From the NCBI GenBank assembly GCA_963664115.2, contig CAXWPJ010000009.1:160001-224000 (forward strand): a stretch of 64,000 bases of DNA. Direction: 5' to 3'. Of this stretch, positions 19,188 to 29,021 are shown one piece after another. Origin of the DNA: Terriglobia bacterium. GTDB taxonomy: Bacteria; Acidobacteriota; Terriglobia; 20CM-2-55-15. The stretch's first letter is position 1. Each line of letters opens with the position of its first letter. The position numbers and the translations under genes were made by a program. The notes under the pieces are model-generated. The model ran no database searches, was not told the DNA's origin, and saw only the letters and a program-made list of their open reading frames with translations.

Positions 19188-20371
19188 AGGTTGCGATGGT
19201 CACACCTTATTTTTACTCTGCCTGGGATTACGGCGGCCCTCCCCGCAGTGCACATAACCTTGCAAGTTCACTGGCGCAACAGGGAGTGTCCGTGCGGGTC
19301 TTTACGACGGACACGGCTGGGGCTCGCCGGCTATCCGCAAAGGCAATAGAAGAGGCATCGATGGGCGCCAACCGAGGTCTTCAAGTTTGGCATTGCCGGA
19401 ACATGTCCAACCGGCTGGCCTTTCGTCATCGCCTCTTTCTTCCGACCCGATTTTCCGGAACACTCGATCGGAACCTTGGGGATTCTGAACTGATTCATGT
19501 CCATGAACTGAGGTCGTTTCTTACGGTGGCCGCCCGTCGGGCCGCCCGCCGGAGGGGTATCCCCTATGTGGTGTCTACCCACGGGGGCCTATTGCACTTG
19601 GGAAAGCGCCACGCGAAGGTATTGTTCGATACGTTTTGGGGAAGCCGCGTGATTCGAGACGCCGCAGGTCTGATCGCCGTGTCCGAGATGGAGGCAGAGC
19701 AGATGCGGTCTTTTGGTATTCGTAACGACCGCATTCACCTGTTACCGAATCCCATCGACACAAATCTCTATGACGTCTTGCCTGCTTCCGGGCAGTTCCG
19801 GGAGCGCTGGGGTTTAGGGACCTCAAAACTCGTACTCTTTCTTGGAAGGCTCAATTGGATTAAAGGTGCGGACCTGTTGATAACGGCTTTCGAAAAACTT
19901 TCCGGGGATGTCCACCTGGTTTTGGCCGGCCCGGACGATGGGCACAGAGCTCAGTTGGATGCCTTACTATCTCCTGAACTAGCTAAGCGAGTGACTTTTA
20001 CAGGACGCCTGGACCATGCTGATAAGTTGGCAGCCTTCGTGGACGCCGACATCTGCGTCGTGCCTTCTCGAAGCGAAATCTTTGGCATGGTCGTGCTGGA
20101 AGCCCTGGCCTGTCGGCGAGGCGTGTTGCTGTCCTCGGCTTGCGGCCTCATCCCCGAACTGGAGGATGAGGAATGTGTCCGCGTGTTCGAAAATGGTAAC
20201 AGCTCAGATCTGGCCCGGAAGCTCGATACCGCGTTAGGGAGCCGGCACTCTAAGGGGGGGGTGGAGGCTGCGCGTCAGTTCGTATTGAAAGGGTTTTCTG
20301 CTGAGGCGGTAGCCGCCCGGGCGCGGTCGATCTATACGTCGATCTATACAAGATTTGGGGCAGCGGATTAG
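19184..20371 (+). CDS. GT4 family glycosyltransferase
   Basis: YGGPPRS, FLGRLNWIKG, LAGPDDG, PSRSEIFGMVVLEALAC (ExxxxxxxE). Confidence 0.92.
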   Translation: MKVAMVTPYFYSAWDYGGPPRSAHNLASSLAQQGVSVRVFTTDTAGARRLSAKAIEEASMGANRGLQVWHCRNMSNRLAFRHRLFLPTRFSGTLDRNLGDSELIHVHELRSFLTVAARRAARRRGIPYVVSTHGGLLHLGKRHAKVLFDTFWGSRVIRDAAGLIAVSEMEAEQMRSFGIRNDRIHLLPNPIDTNLYDVLPASGQFRERWGLGTSKLVLFLGRLNWIKGADLLITAFEKLSGDVHLVLAGPDDGHRAQLDALLSPELAKRVTFTGRLDHADKLAAFVDADICVVPSRSEIFGMVVLEALACRRGVLLSSACGLIPELEDEECVRVFENGNSSDLARKLDTALGSRHSKGGVEAARQFVLKGFSAEAVAARARSIYTSIYTRFGAAD

Positions 20372-20498
20372 TTCAATGAATTGTCTTGTCTCCTGCAGTC
20401 GCTTCCCGGTTTAGATTCCGCTCCGCGTGTCGGGCACCAACGGCGAGCGCTCCACAACCAACGATCAATCGATCTTCCTACCAAGCGCACAGTGTTAC

Positions 20499-21821
20499 TT
20501 ACGCCCGGACGATCTTCTCCCGACCTGCCGTGATGCCCCGTGTTGCGTTGCGCGTGTCGATCACCAGTTGGGAATGATTGACGATCCACGAATAATCGAT
20601 TTTCGTGTGGTCGGTCGCGATCACGACTGCATGCTGTTTTTCGAGAAGATCCTCGCTTAACTCCACTGACGACAGATCAGAAAAATCGTAATGACGCATC
20701 TTGTGGAGTTTTGGGACGAAGGGGTCGTGGTAGGCGAGTTTCGCGCCTTTCTCCCTCAATAGACTCATAATTTCCATGGCGGGAGATTCCCTCGTGTCGT
20801 CGACGTCTTTCTTGTAGGCGACGCCAAGGATAAGGATCTTGGCCCCGCGTACTGACTTGCCGTCGTCGTTCAGACCCCAGGCGATCTTGTCGACGACGAA
20901 GCGCGGAATGGCCGTGTTGACCTCCCCGGCGAGTTCGATGAAACGGGTTGCAAAGCCGTGCTCCCGGGCTTTCCAAGCCAGATAAAACGGGTCGATTGGG
21001 ATGCAGTGACCGCCCAGTCCGGGCCCAGGATAGAAGGGTGTAAAACCGAAAGGCTTGGTAGCCGCGGCGTCGATGACTTCCCAGATATCGATGTCCATCC
21101 GGTCGCAGAGAAGCTTCAGTTCGTTGACAAGAGCGATGTTGACTGAGCGGTAGATGTTTTCCAGCAGCTTGACCAACTCCCCCGTGTCTGTTGAAGACAC
21201 CGGTACGAGTGCGTCGATCACCTGCCCGTATAGCGCCTTTGCGACAGACAGGCAATTGGGGGTCGTCCCGCCGACCACCTTGGGAATCGTCTGTGTTGAG
21301 AAGTGAGGGTTGCCGGGGTCTTCGCGTTCAGGAGAGTAAGCAAGAAAGTAGTCTTCTCCGGCCGCAAGCCCCGATCCTCGGAAGCGTTCGAGTAAAACTT
21401 CTCTCGTCGTTCCCGGATATGTCGTGCTTTCAAGGACTACGAGTTGTCCTTCACGGAGCGTTTTGCTGACAGCATCGGCCGTACTTTCAACGTACTGCAT
21501 GTCGGGTTCTCGGTTGCTGTTCAGCGGGGTGGGGACACAGATAATGACGCAGTCGGGGTGGGCAAGCTTCGAGAAATCCGCGGTCGCTTCGAAGCGGGCA
21601 CTGGATCGAATTGCCGCCACTCGAGCGGCCTCGACGTGTCCTATATAAGACTGGCCGGCGTTGAGTCGGGTGATCTTCTCCGGATCAACATCGAACCCAA
21701 TGACCTTAAAACCGACTTCCGCAAACCGGAGCACTAAGGGAAGGCCCACATAGCCCAGGCCGATGACGCCGACAACAACGTCATGGGATTTGATCTTTGC
21801 GATGAGTGCATCCCGGATCAT
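20499..21821 (-). CDS. UDP-N-acetylhexosamine 6-dehydrogenase (WbpA/TviB-like)
   Basis: GLGYVGLP, ICVPTP, ESTTYPGTT, SPEREDPGN, GPGLGGHCIPIDP, GVAYKKDVDDTRESP. Confidence 0.93.
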   Translation of the reverse strand: MIRDALIAKIKSHDVVVGVIGLGYVGLPLVLRFAEVGFKVIGFDVDPEKITRLNAGQSYIGHVEAARVAAIRSSARFEATADFSKLAHPDCVIICVPTPLNSNREPDMQYVESTADAVSKTLREGQLVVLESTTYPGTTREVLLERFRGSGLAAGEDYFLAYSPEREDPGNPHFSTQTIPKVVGGTTPNCLSVAKALYGQVIDALVPVSSTDTGELVKLLENIYRSVNIALVNELKLLCDRMDIDIWEVIDAAATKPFGFTPFYPGPGLGGHCIPIDPFYLAWKAREHGFATRFIELAGEVNTAIPRFVVDKIAWGLNDDGKSVRGAKILILGVAYKKDVDDTRESPAMEIMSLLREKGAKLAYHDPFVPKLHKMRHYDFSDLSSVELSEDLLEKQHAVVIATDHTKIDYSWIVNHSQLVIDTRNATRGITAGREKIVRA

Positions 21822-22915
21822 TTGAAGAAGTCGCGAATCTTTTCGATGACGTAGTCGATTTCTGTTTCTTCCAGCTCCGGATATATCGGCAGAGCCAGAC
21901 AGGTGCGGGCCGTTTCTTCAGCTCGAGGGAAGTCCCCGGGTGAACCGCATACAGCACCCAGTCCCCGCTGGAGATGCAAGGGAATGGAGTAGTAGATCCC
22001 GGTTCCGATCCCGTGGCCCGACAAGTTTTCCTTGAGAGCGTCCCTTTCGGACGTTCGGATCACAAACTGATTGTACACGGCTTCATTGTGAGGGCTTGGT
22101 GTTGGAAGCGTGACCATTCCTTCCAGCCTTTCCGAATATTGTTGTGCAATCTGACGCCGCCGCTCGTTCCATTCGCCCACGTAGGGCAGCCGGACCGATA
22201 TCGCGGCTGCCTGGAGGGAATCCAAACGGCTGTTGATACCCAGCACGTTGTGTTCGTGTTCGTTCTCGAGTCCATGTGCTCGGAGCAGGCGCAGGCGGTC
22301 TGCCGTCCCCGAGTCATGGGTTACGACCATGCCGGCATCCCCGATCGCTGCCAGGTTTTTCGTCGGGTAGAAGGATAAGCACCCGCAGAAGCCCATCGTT
22401 CCCGCCGCTCGACCACGATGTTTCGCTCCGAATGCCTGTGCGACATCTTCGATGATGAGGACGCCATGGTCCGCTGCGATGGCCTGGATTCGGAGCATGT
22501 CGGCGCAGTCGCCGAAAAGGTGGGTCACGATCACAGCGCGCGTGCTGGGGGTGATTTTGCGCCGGATATCATCGGGATCGATCTGAAAAGTTTGAAAGTC
22601 GATATCCGCAAAGACAACCCGCGCTCCGAGACGCACCGCCGATGAGGCCGTCGAAAAGAAACTGAATGCCGGGACGATGACCTCAGCACCGGGGCCGATT
22701 TCTGCAGCCATCAGTGCCAGCATCAGGGCGTCCGAACCGTTCGCGACGCCGATCCCCTGCTCGGTGGAGAGAGTCTCTGCGACAGCAGCTTCCGCCCGCT
22801 CGACCGCGGGACCTAGGATAAACTGTTGAGAGTCTATGACTTCCATCAGCGCGGTGCCCAGTTCCTCGCGAATACGGGCTGTCTGTCGTTTGAGATCGAA
22901 GAACGGTACTTTCAT
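21818..22915 (-). CDS. DegT/DnrJ/EryC1/StrS sugar aminotransferase (WbpE-like)
   Basis: VANGSDAL, IEDVAQAFG, SFYPTKNL (PLP lysine), GINSRLDSLQAA, LALPIYPEL. Confidence 0.93.
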   Translation of the reverse strand: MKVPFFDLKRQTARIREELGTALMEVIDSQQFILGPAVERAEAAVAETLSTEQGIGVANGSDALMLALMAAEIGPGAEVIVPAFSFFSTASSAVRLGARVVFADIDFQTFQIDPDDIRRKITPSTRAVIVTHLFGDCADMLRIQAIAADHGVLIIEDVAQAFGAKHRGRAAGTMGFCGCLSFYPTKNLAAIGDAGMVVTHDSGTADRLRLLRAHGLENEHEHNVLGINSRLDSLQAAAISVRLPYVGEWNERRRQIAQQYSERLEGMVTLPTPSPHNEAVYNQFVIRTSERDALKENLSGHGIGTGIYYSIPLHLQRGLGAVCGSPGDFPRAEETARTCLALPIYPELEETEIDYVIEKIRDFFK

Positions 22916-23113
22916 TGAATGTGCAGTGATGCTGGAATGAAATCGTTGGTCTTCAGGGACGAATGTCCCATAATATTCCGGTTAAACGTGTGTGCGCGTT
23001 GGCCGTCTAAACGGGTTAGCGTATTTGGTTTGAAGCTCTAAATCAACCTGCCGCTCTACTGGGAGTTGGCGCTGGAGCCGAGGACGCTCCGAACAATACG
23101 AAATGGAGTTGAG

Positions 23114-23980
23114 ATGCCGCAGATGATGACTCGAATGATGTTCTCACGACGAATAGCGCCCTTCATGTTCAGCTTTTTGCTGATTCCAGTTCTCATTTCC
23201 ATCCCTGCACGAGCCCAGGATGGTGGCTTGAGGGACGAACAACCCCCCATTCCTGTAGAGGAAATTATCAGCCAGTTTGCGAGCATGGAGTCGGAGTTCA
23301 GGTCGGCCCGTGGCAACTATACCTATCGCCAGGACGTTACGGTCCAGGAATTGAACGCGCGCGACCGCGTGATCGGCGAATACCATATGATCAGCGATAT
23401 TCTCTTCGAGCCCGACGGTCTCTCGAGGACAGAGAAAGTCGTCTTCGCACCTCCGAGTACGCTCGAGGGCATTCAGCTCACGCCACAGGACCTGGACGAT
23501 ATTCGCGACATCCAACCTTTCGTTCTTACGACGGAAGACCTGGATCTTTACGACGTCGAGTATCTTGGAAAGGAACTGATCGACGAGATCGACACCTATG
23601 TTTTCCAGGTCGGCCCGAAAGCGATCGAAGACGGCGAGCGATATTTCGAGGGTCAGATCTGGGTGGATGATCTCGACCTTCAGATTGTAAAGACATACGG
23701 CAAGGCCGTGCCCGACATCACGGAAAACGGCCAGGAGAACCTGTTTCCGCGTTTCGAGACTTACCGGGAACAGATCGACGACTATTGGTTCCCGACGTAT
23801 ACCCGGGCCGTCGACACCTTGAATTTCTCTAGCGGCCCCAAAAAGATCCGCCAGGTGATCCGGTATGAAGACTACAAGCAATTCGCTTCAGACGTCACCT
23901 TCACCTTCGGTGACGAGATCGAGGACGAAGCGGGCGCCGACTCTGTGGATTCCACGGACCCAGCACCTCCTGAGCAGTAG
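23114..23980 (+). CDS. exported hypothetical protein
   Basis: Hydrophobic signal segment ending ARA, then an acidic beta-rich body (FEGQIWVDD, YWFPTY). ATG 23114 follows GGAG. Confidence 0.8.
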   Translation: MPQMMTRMMFSRRIAPFMFSFLLIPVLISIPARAQDGGLRDEQPPIPVEEIISQFASMESEFRSARGNYTYRQDVTVQELNARDRVIGEYHMISDILFEPDGLSRTEKVVFAPPSTLEGIQLTPQDLDDIRDIQPFVLTTEDLDLYDVEYLGKELIDEIDTYVFQVGPKAIEDGERYFEGQIWVDDLDLQIVKTYGKAVPDITENGQENLFPRFETYREQIDDYWFPTYTRAVDTLNFSSGPKKIRQVIRYEDYKQFASDVTFTFGDEIEDEAGADSVDSTDPAPPEQ

Positions 23981-23990
23981 GTAGAGTGTT

Positions 23991-24023
23991 CCGGATGGGT
24001 CAGCGAACTACCGGCCCATCCGG
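23991..24023 (+). terminator. stem-loop after the hypothetical gene
   Basis: Inverted repeat CCGGATGGG...CCCATCCGG 10 bp after the stop, without a clear U-tract. Confidence 0.5.
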
Positions 24024-24078
24024 TCTATAACTCCCGACAACCACAGCAGATAAGCCTCCCTTCCTCCAATTCCCCCTG

Positions 24079-24087
24079 TGCTAAACT
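24079..24087 (+). promoter_or_regulatory. extended -10 element for yebC-ruvC
   Basis: TGcTAAACT lies upstream of the AAGGAG RBS. Confidence 0.5.
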
Positions 24088-24115
24088 GATATCGAAATTC
24101 GGATAAGGAGTCACT

Positions 24116-24862
24116 ATGTCGGGCCATTCCAAGTGGCACAGTATCAAACACAAGAAGGCCGCGACCGATGCGAAGCGGGGCAGATCATTCACGAAGGTGA
24201 TCAAGGAAATCACGATCGCCGCGCGACTCGGAGGCGGAGATGCTGAAGCCAACCCGAGGTTGCGTAAAGCTGTCAGCGACGCGAAAGCGCTGAACATGCC
24301 CGCCGATAACATCAAGCGCGCCATCATGAAGGGGACGGGTGAGCTGGAAGGTACCGCGATTGAAGAGATCGTATACGAAGCTTATGGCCCGGGAGGGGTG
24401 GCGGTGATGGTCGAGGTGCTGACTGATAATCGAAACCGAACCGTGAGTGAACTGCGTTATGTCCTGAGCAAAAACGGTGGAAATCTGGGCGAGAGCGGTT
24501 GTGTAGCCTGGATGTTCACGAAACGCGGCTACATCCGGGTGCCGTCAGCGAATCTGGACGAAGAGACCGCAATGAATGCTGCAATTGAAGCGGGTGCGGA
24601 AGACTTCACGGCCCAGGGAGATCAGTACGAAATCCTGACCGAACCCGAATCGTTCCATGCGGTTCTTGGAGAGCTCAAAGAAAAGGGTATCGAGCCCGAA
24701 ACGGCCGAACTTTCCATGATCCCTCAGAACTACATCAAACTTGAGGGCAAACCTGCCCACCAGATGATTAAGCTGATGGACGCGCTCGACGACCACGAGG
24801 ACGTCCAGAACGTGTACGCAAATTTCGACATCGAAGAGTCGGAACTCGCTGACGTTATGTAG
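24116..24862 (+). CDS. yebC: YebC/PmpR family protein
   Basis: [33 protein letters not shown]. Confidence 0.97.
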   Translation: MSGHSKWHSIKHKKAATDAKRGRSFTKVIKEITIAARLGGGDAEANPRLRKAVSDAKALNMPADNIKRAIMKGTGELEGTAIEEIVYEAYGPGGVAVMVEVLTDNRNRTVSELRYVLSKNGGNLGESGCVAWMFTKRGYIRVPSANLDEETAMNAAIEAGAEDFTAQGDQYEILTEPESFHAVLGELKEKGIEPETAELSMIPQNYIKLEGKPAHQMIKLMDALDDHEDVQNVYANFDIEESELADVM

Positions 24863-24898
24863 CTTCCGTAGCGAGCCGCGTTCCCGGGCCCCTTTACT

Positions 24899-25396
24899 AT
24901 GAGGATTCTTGGAGTAGATTGCGGTTCCAGGGTGACCGGGTACGGTGTGATCGAAACCGGGACAGATAGCTATCGCTACGTGGATTGCGGCGCGATCCGG
25001 ACCAAGGCATCCGATCCTCTGGCTCTGCGCCTGCAATCGATACATGCTGGTCTCCAGGAAATCATTCGGGACCACACACCTGACGTGGCCGCGTTCGAAA
25101 GCATCTTTCATGCAGCCAACGTTCAGAGCGCCCTCAAACTCGGTCACGCGAGAGGCGTATCCTTGTTCGCGGCGGCGCAGGCAGGACTTCCGGTTTACGA
25201 GTATTCCGCCCTCCAGGTGAAGTCTGCGGTGACCGGTTACGGCCGAGCTGAGAAGGTTCAGGTGCAGCAGATGGTGCGATCCCTGCTGCGGCTCGCCGAA
25301 GTCCCGGAACCTCACGATGCATCCGACGCGCTGGCTGTAGCAATTTGCCACGCGCAGAGCTACAAATTTGAGGAGGCGACCGCCATCCGTGACTAA
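24899..25396 (+). CDS. ruvC: Holliday junction resolvase
   Basis: MRILGVD.G...TGYGVI, LGHARG, VKSAVTGYGRAEK.QV, DASDALAVAICH. Confidence 0.96.
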   Translation: MRILGVDCGSRVTGYGVIETGTDSYRYVDCGAIRTKASDPLALRLQSIHAGLQEIIRDHTPDVAAFESIFHAANVQSALKLGHARGVSLFAAAQAGLPVYEYSALQVKSAVTGYGRAEKVQVQQMVRSLLRLAEVPEPHDASDALAVAICHAQSYKFEEATAIRD

Positions 25397-26012
25397 TTTG
25401 ATTCTCATTTCAGTTCTGGCGCTCCTTCCCCAGATCGACTTCACGACATTCAGCTTTTGCCGTGACGGCCTGGGCGGTACCGGCGACCTGCAGTGCATCC
25501 GACTCGACGCCTCGGGCCAGGGCACCTTCATGCTGACGTACGCAGATGCCGATACAGTAGAAGAGGAGCTTCGCTTGTCGGTATCGGGAACCCGTAAGTT
25601 CATCGATTTGCTGGCGGCAACCGAATATCTGGCGGATGCGGATACATACGATTCCGGCCGGGAGGTGCTGAGCCTTGGGCTCAAAACCCTGACGCTGGAA
25701 GGGCCTGCGGGAAACCGGGAAGCGGCTTTCTACGTGGCCACTCCGCGTGAAGCAAGCGAACTGGCTGCGTTTTTCGACCGCTTGATCATCCAGGAGATGC
25801 TCCTGCTCGACATTGAGTCCGCCTTGCAGTTCGATCGCTTAGGCATCCCGGGCAGGTTGGATCAGATCGAAAGAGACCTCGGCCGGGACCGGCTGGCCGA
25901 CGCGCTGCGACTGATTCCTGTGCTCGAGCGTATCGCTGCCGACACCCGGTTGGTCAACTATGCGCGTACGACGGCTACGCGACTGAAGGAAGAGATTGAG
26001 GCAAGGTACTGA
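25389..26012 (+). CDS. hypothetical protein, probably exported
   Basis: GTG 25389 follows GAGGAGG and overlaps the end of ruvC. Short hydrophobic N-terminus. Confidence 0.7.
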   Translation: MTNLILISVLALLPQIDFTTFSFCRDGLGGTGDLQCIRLDASGQGTFMLTYADADTVEEELRLSVSGTRKFIDLLAATEYLADADTYDSGREVLSLGLKTLTLEGPAGNREAAFYVATPREASELAAFFDRLIIQEMLLLDIESALQFDRLGIPGRLDQIERDLGRDRLADALRLIPVLERIAADTRLVNYARTTATRLKEEIEARY

Positions 26013-26015
26013 AGC

Positions 26016-26711
26016 GTGATCCGAATTCTCATCACATTACTCACACTCTCGCTGGTCTTACCGGTCTTGGGCCAAGATAGTCCTCAAGACGTTGCTCAGG
26101 GTGGGGCCCGGATCGTAGCGCGCGGCGACGTCGTAGAAATTACCGATGGAGCTTCTGAGCGCTATAGTGTGCAAGATCCGCTGGAGGAAGGCGATTTGCT
26201 TCGGACGGGGCCTGCGTCTTTCGCTGTGATCGATTTGAATCCTGGATTCCGATTGACGATTGGGCCTGATTCCGTCGTTGGACTGGAATCGTTCGGTACC
26301 GTGCCGGCTATCCGCCTGGAGCAGGGTAGAGTCCGCGTTCAGACCCACTCGGGGGCTCTTCGCGTCCAGTCTTCGGTCGGTGATTTCATAGTGTCGGAGG
26401 TTCCAGGCGAAGCGGAACTGGAACTCTCAGAGGGCAGAGTCATTCTCCAGGTGCTTTCCGGAGGTCTCACGATGGAAAACGTGAATGCGGAAGATGTAGT
26501 CTTTCGAGCGCCAGGCCAGCGCGCCGCTCGTAGCTATCAGGCAGGCTCGATCATAGGTTCCGGGGACGGAGAACAGTCCAACTATTCCTACGGTCCGAAC
26601 GGCTATGGCTGGTATCCAAACGTCTATGTTGGATACCCCGGGTTTCCGTATGAAGCTCCCCTCGACACACGACCCACCGAAGTTCGTCCCCGCCCCGGCC
26701 GCCGTCGGTAA
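26016..26711 (+). CDS. exported FecR-domain protein
   Basis: Signal peptide, then GDLLRTGPAS.A.I.L..G..L.IGPDS and RLEQGRV, which are FecR-like. Confidence 0.75.
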   Translation: MIRILITLLTLSLVLPVLGQDSPQDVAQGGARIVARGDVVEITDGASERYSVQDPLEEGDLLRTGPASFAVIDLNPGFRLTIGPDSVVGLESFGTVPAIRLEQGRVRVQTHSGALRVQSSVGDFIVSEVPGEAELELSEGRVILQVLSGGLTMENVNAEDVVFRAPGQRAARSYQAGSIIGSGDGEQSNYSYGPNGYGWYPNVYVGYPGFPYEAPLDTRPTEVRPRPGRRR

Positions 26712-26760
26712 CAAATTCCGACAGTTAAAAGTCGGCCTTCAGGGTTGCAAGCATCAAAGC

Positions 26761-26845
26761 CTTCGTGACCTTCGTGTCTTCGTGTTAAAAAAGTCTTTGA
26801 GTTAAAAAAGCCTTCGCGTCTTCGCGCCTTTGCGGTGAAAAAGTC
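26761..26845. repeat. two units of a CTTCG(T/C)G-periodic intergenic repeat between convergent genes
   Basis: CTTCGTGACCTTCGTGTCTTCGTGTT and CTTCGCGTCTTCGCGCCTTTGCGGTG, each followed by AAAAAGTCT. Same family as 46739-46818. Confidence 0.8.
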
Positions 26846-27664
26846 TCAGGAAACGATCACCCCCGCATACCCCACCACACGATCCCTATCCCCGAACGCA
26901 TCCCCTGAAGTAGCGTAGCGGACCAACTCGGCATTGGATGCGCCCAGCCGATTGGCCGCGACCAGCATTGCCGTTGCAGGCCCGACCCCGCACATGGAAA
27001 TCCCTTCCGAGAGAACGACGTTATAGAGTCCGTCCGCGTCTCGCACCAACATGCGGTCGATCGCTTTTCTGTCCTTGACCCTCGTCGGGCCCTCGGCTTC
27101 GTAGTGGTTCATGTCGCTCGAGGCGATGATCAGGATGTCATCGGAGCTTTCACCGATGACCTTGGCCATCGCATCGCCAAGATGTTTGAGCACTCCGAGG
27201 TCGGAAGTTCCGACTGTGATCGGTACGAATCGTAGATCGGACTCGGTCAGAAACTGAAGAAACGGCAGCTGAACTTCCAGTGCGTGCTCAGACCGATGGG
27301 CTTCGGTGTCCTCTTCAAGATCGGGGTCCAGTGCCATCAGTCGCACCGCCAGGTCCGTGTCGATGGCGACGTTTCCGATGGGCGTTTCCCATTCACCCGT
27401 ACTTACTATGGCCAGGGGTCGGCCAAGTCCCGTGTGGTTGGGGCAAAGGATGATGAAGCGCTCGGGCAGCTGAAGACGGGAGTAGACGGCTCCCGCGACT
27501 TGGCCCGAATAAACATAGCCAGCGTGGGGGACGACGATCCCAAGTGCGCGCCCAGCTGTGGGGTGGGGTTCTTCCCCGGGGGACGTAACAGCTCGGAGGG
27601 TTTCCTCAAGGGCGGCGCGATCTTCCGGATAAAAGGTACCGGCAACGGTCGGCGGGCGAATCAT
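26846..27664 (-). CDS. amrB: AmmeMemoRadiSam system protein B (MEMO1 family)
   Basis: RPPTVAGTFYP, PHAGYVYSG, PNHTG, EHALEVQLPFLQ, SSDMNHY, MCG, VVGYAG. Confidence 0.93.
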   Translation of the reverse strand: MIRPPTVAGTFYPEDRAALEETLRAVTSPGEEPHPTAGRALGIVVPHAGYVYSGQVAGAVYSRLQLPERFIILCPNHTGLGRPLAIVSTGEWETPIGNVAIDTDLAVRLMALDPDLEEDTEAHRSEHALEVQLPFLQFLTESDLRFVPITVGTSDLGVLKHLGDAMAKVIGESSDDILIIASSDMNHYEAEGPTRVKDRKAIDRMLVRDADGLYNVVLSEGISMCGVGPATAMLVAANRLGASNAELVRYATSGDAFGDRDRVVGYAGVIVS

Positions 27665-27707
27665 AAACTACCCTGGAACGACAGTGCGTGCGTGAACTGC
27701 GATTCAG

Positions 27708-28748
27708 CTACTCGCCGACGGAATTGTAGAAGCCCCTCTTGTGGCGAACTTTCAGCTCGTCCAGGTCTCCGTCCTGATCCACATCCACGTCGTCGACTTC
27801 GATACGTAACTCTCGCAGATCGTTGTCTTCTTCGAGATCTCTCGGCACAAATCCCAGGCTGTACTGGTTCCTCAGATGGATGCCGACGGTTTCGTAGATG
27901 CCGGGGTATTCCCCATCAAATCGCGGGAAGAAGGCTGTGCCGCCCGTGATCCGTGCCAGGGTCTGTAGCGCGTTTTTTGCCTGGAGCATCTGCATTCGGG
28001 CGATGTTACCCATGCGGCTTTCGTTAAAAAGAAAGAAAGACTGGCCCATACCCACAGGGTAGATCATCGTGTCGGAGGACTCCGCCTGCCGAAGCATGTC
28101 GTTGTAGTTTCGTTTGCTGAAGGTATCGATGCCGCTGCTCAACAGGAAGATCGCCTTCTTTCCCTCGATGTTTTCCAACCGGTCAAGCGTGAAGCCGACA
28201 GCGTCGTACAGAGATGTTTCCCTGAAGCCGGGAAACTGGAGGCTCCGGAGGCCGTTAAACAGCTCGTTCTGGTTTTGCGTGAAGTCGGTGACGATCTGGG
28301 GCCGGATGTCGTAGCTGATGATAGCCGCCCAGTCGTTCTCCCGTAGCGACTGAATGAACCCAGCTGAAGGGCCGATCACGTCGTCGTAGTAGTAGGTGAA
28401 CGTGTCGCCAAACTCAATCACGATGACGACCGTCAGTGGTGTGTCCGTCGGGCTGAAATTTGTGACCAGCTGTTCTTCGTCGTCTACGAAGACACGGAAG
28501 TGTTCTCTCTCCAGACCCGAGATCGGGTTGTCGTTTCTGTCGGTTACGACGACATCCACATTGATGACCTCGATGTCGATCGAGAGAGAGAAGCGATCAT
28601 CAACGTCCAGATCCGGGGCCCCGTCCCGTTCCGGAAGCGGCGGGAGCGGGATGTCTGCTCCGACGTTCCGCCTCGGGCCCTGAGCTAGGGCGAAACCCAC
28701 GCCGAACACTATCAAAACGGCCAGAGCAATCAATCGTCTGGGAATCAT
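27708..28748 (-). CDS. exported VWA-domain protein (acidobacterial type)
   Basis: Signal peptide; VINVDVVVTD..DNPISGL, TSLYDAV, KAIFLLSSG.D, TGGTAFFP, LRNQYSLGF. Confidence 0.88.
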   Translation of the reverse strand: MIPRRLIALAVLIVFGVGFALAQGPRRNVGADIPLPPLPERDGAPDLDVDDRFSLSIDIEVINVDVVVTDRNDNPISGLEREHFRVFVDDEEQLVTNFSPTDTPLTVVIVIEFGDTFTYYYDDVIGPSAGFIQSLRENDWAAIISYDIRPQIVTDFTQNQNELFNGLRSLQFPGFRETSLYDAVGFTLDRLENIEGKKAIFLLSSGIDTFSKRNYNDMLRQAESSDTMIYPVGMGQSFFLFNESRMGNIARMQMLQAKNALQTLARITGGTAFFPRFDGEYPGIYETVGIHLRNQYSLGFVPRDLEEDNDLRELRIEVDDVDVDQDGDLDELKVRHKRGFYNSVGE

Positions 28749-29021
28749 TAGGAAATCTCCTCAGATGCTGTTGCTAGAGCGTACATCGGTCTGCGATACG
28801 ACGCAATATCTTCAGCATCGAATCGCAACGGTGCTTGCATGGGCCGGGGAGAGCCTCGATCCTATCTCTTTAGACGTCGGATGGCAAGAATTGTCGCCAG
28901 TTCGGGTGCCGGGTAGGTTTACATTGGAATATCTGGCCTCGAAGACTATCGTGTTCCCGCACGTTACACGCAGCGAAACGCCGCCTGCAGCCGGGAGGAA
29001 ATCTTTTCGAGGAGACCGCTG

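Noticed and set aside
26846-27664. Complete AmmeMemoRadiSam system
   Set aside because: Only protein B is present; there is no AMMECR1 or radical SAM partner in the window.
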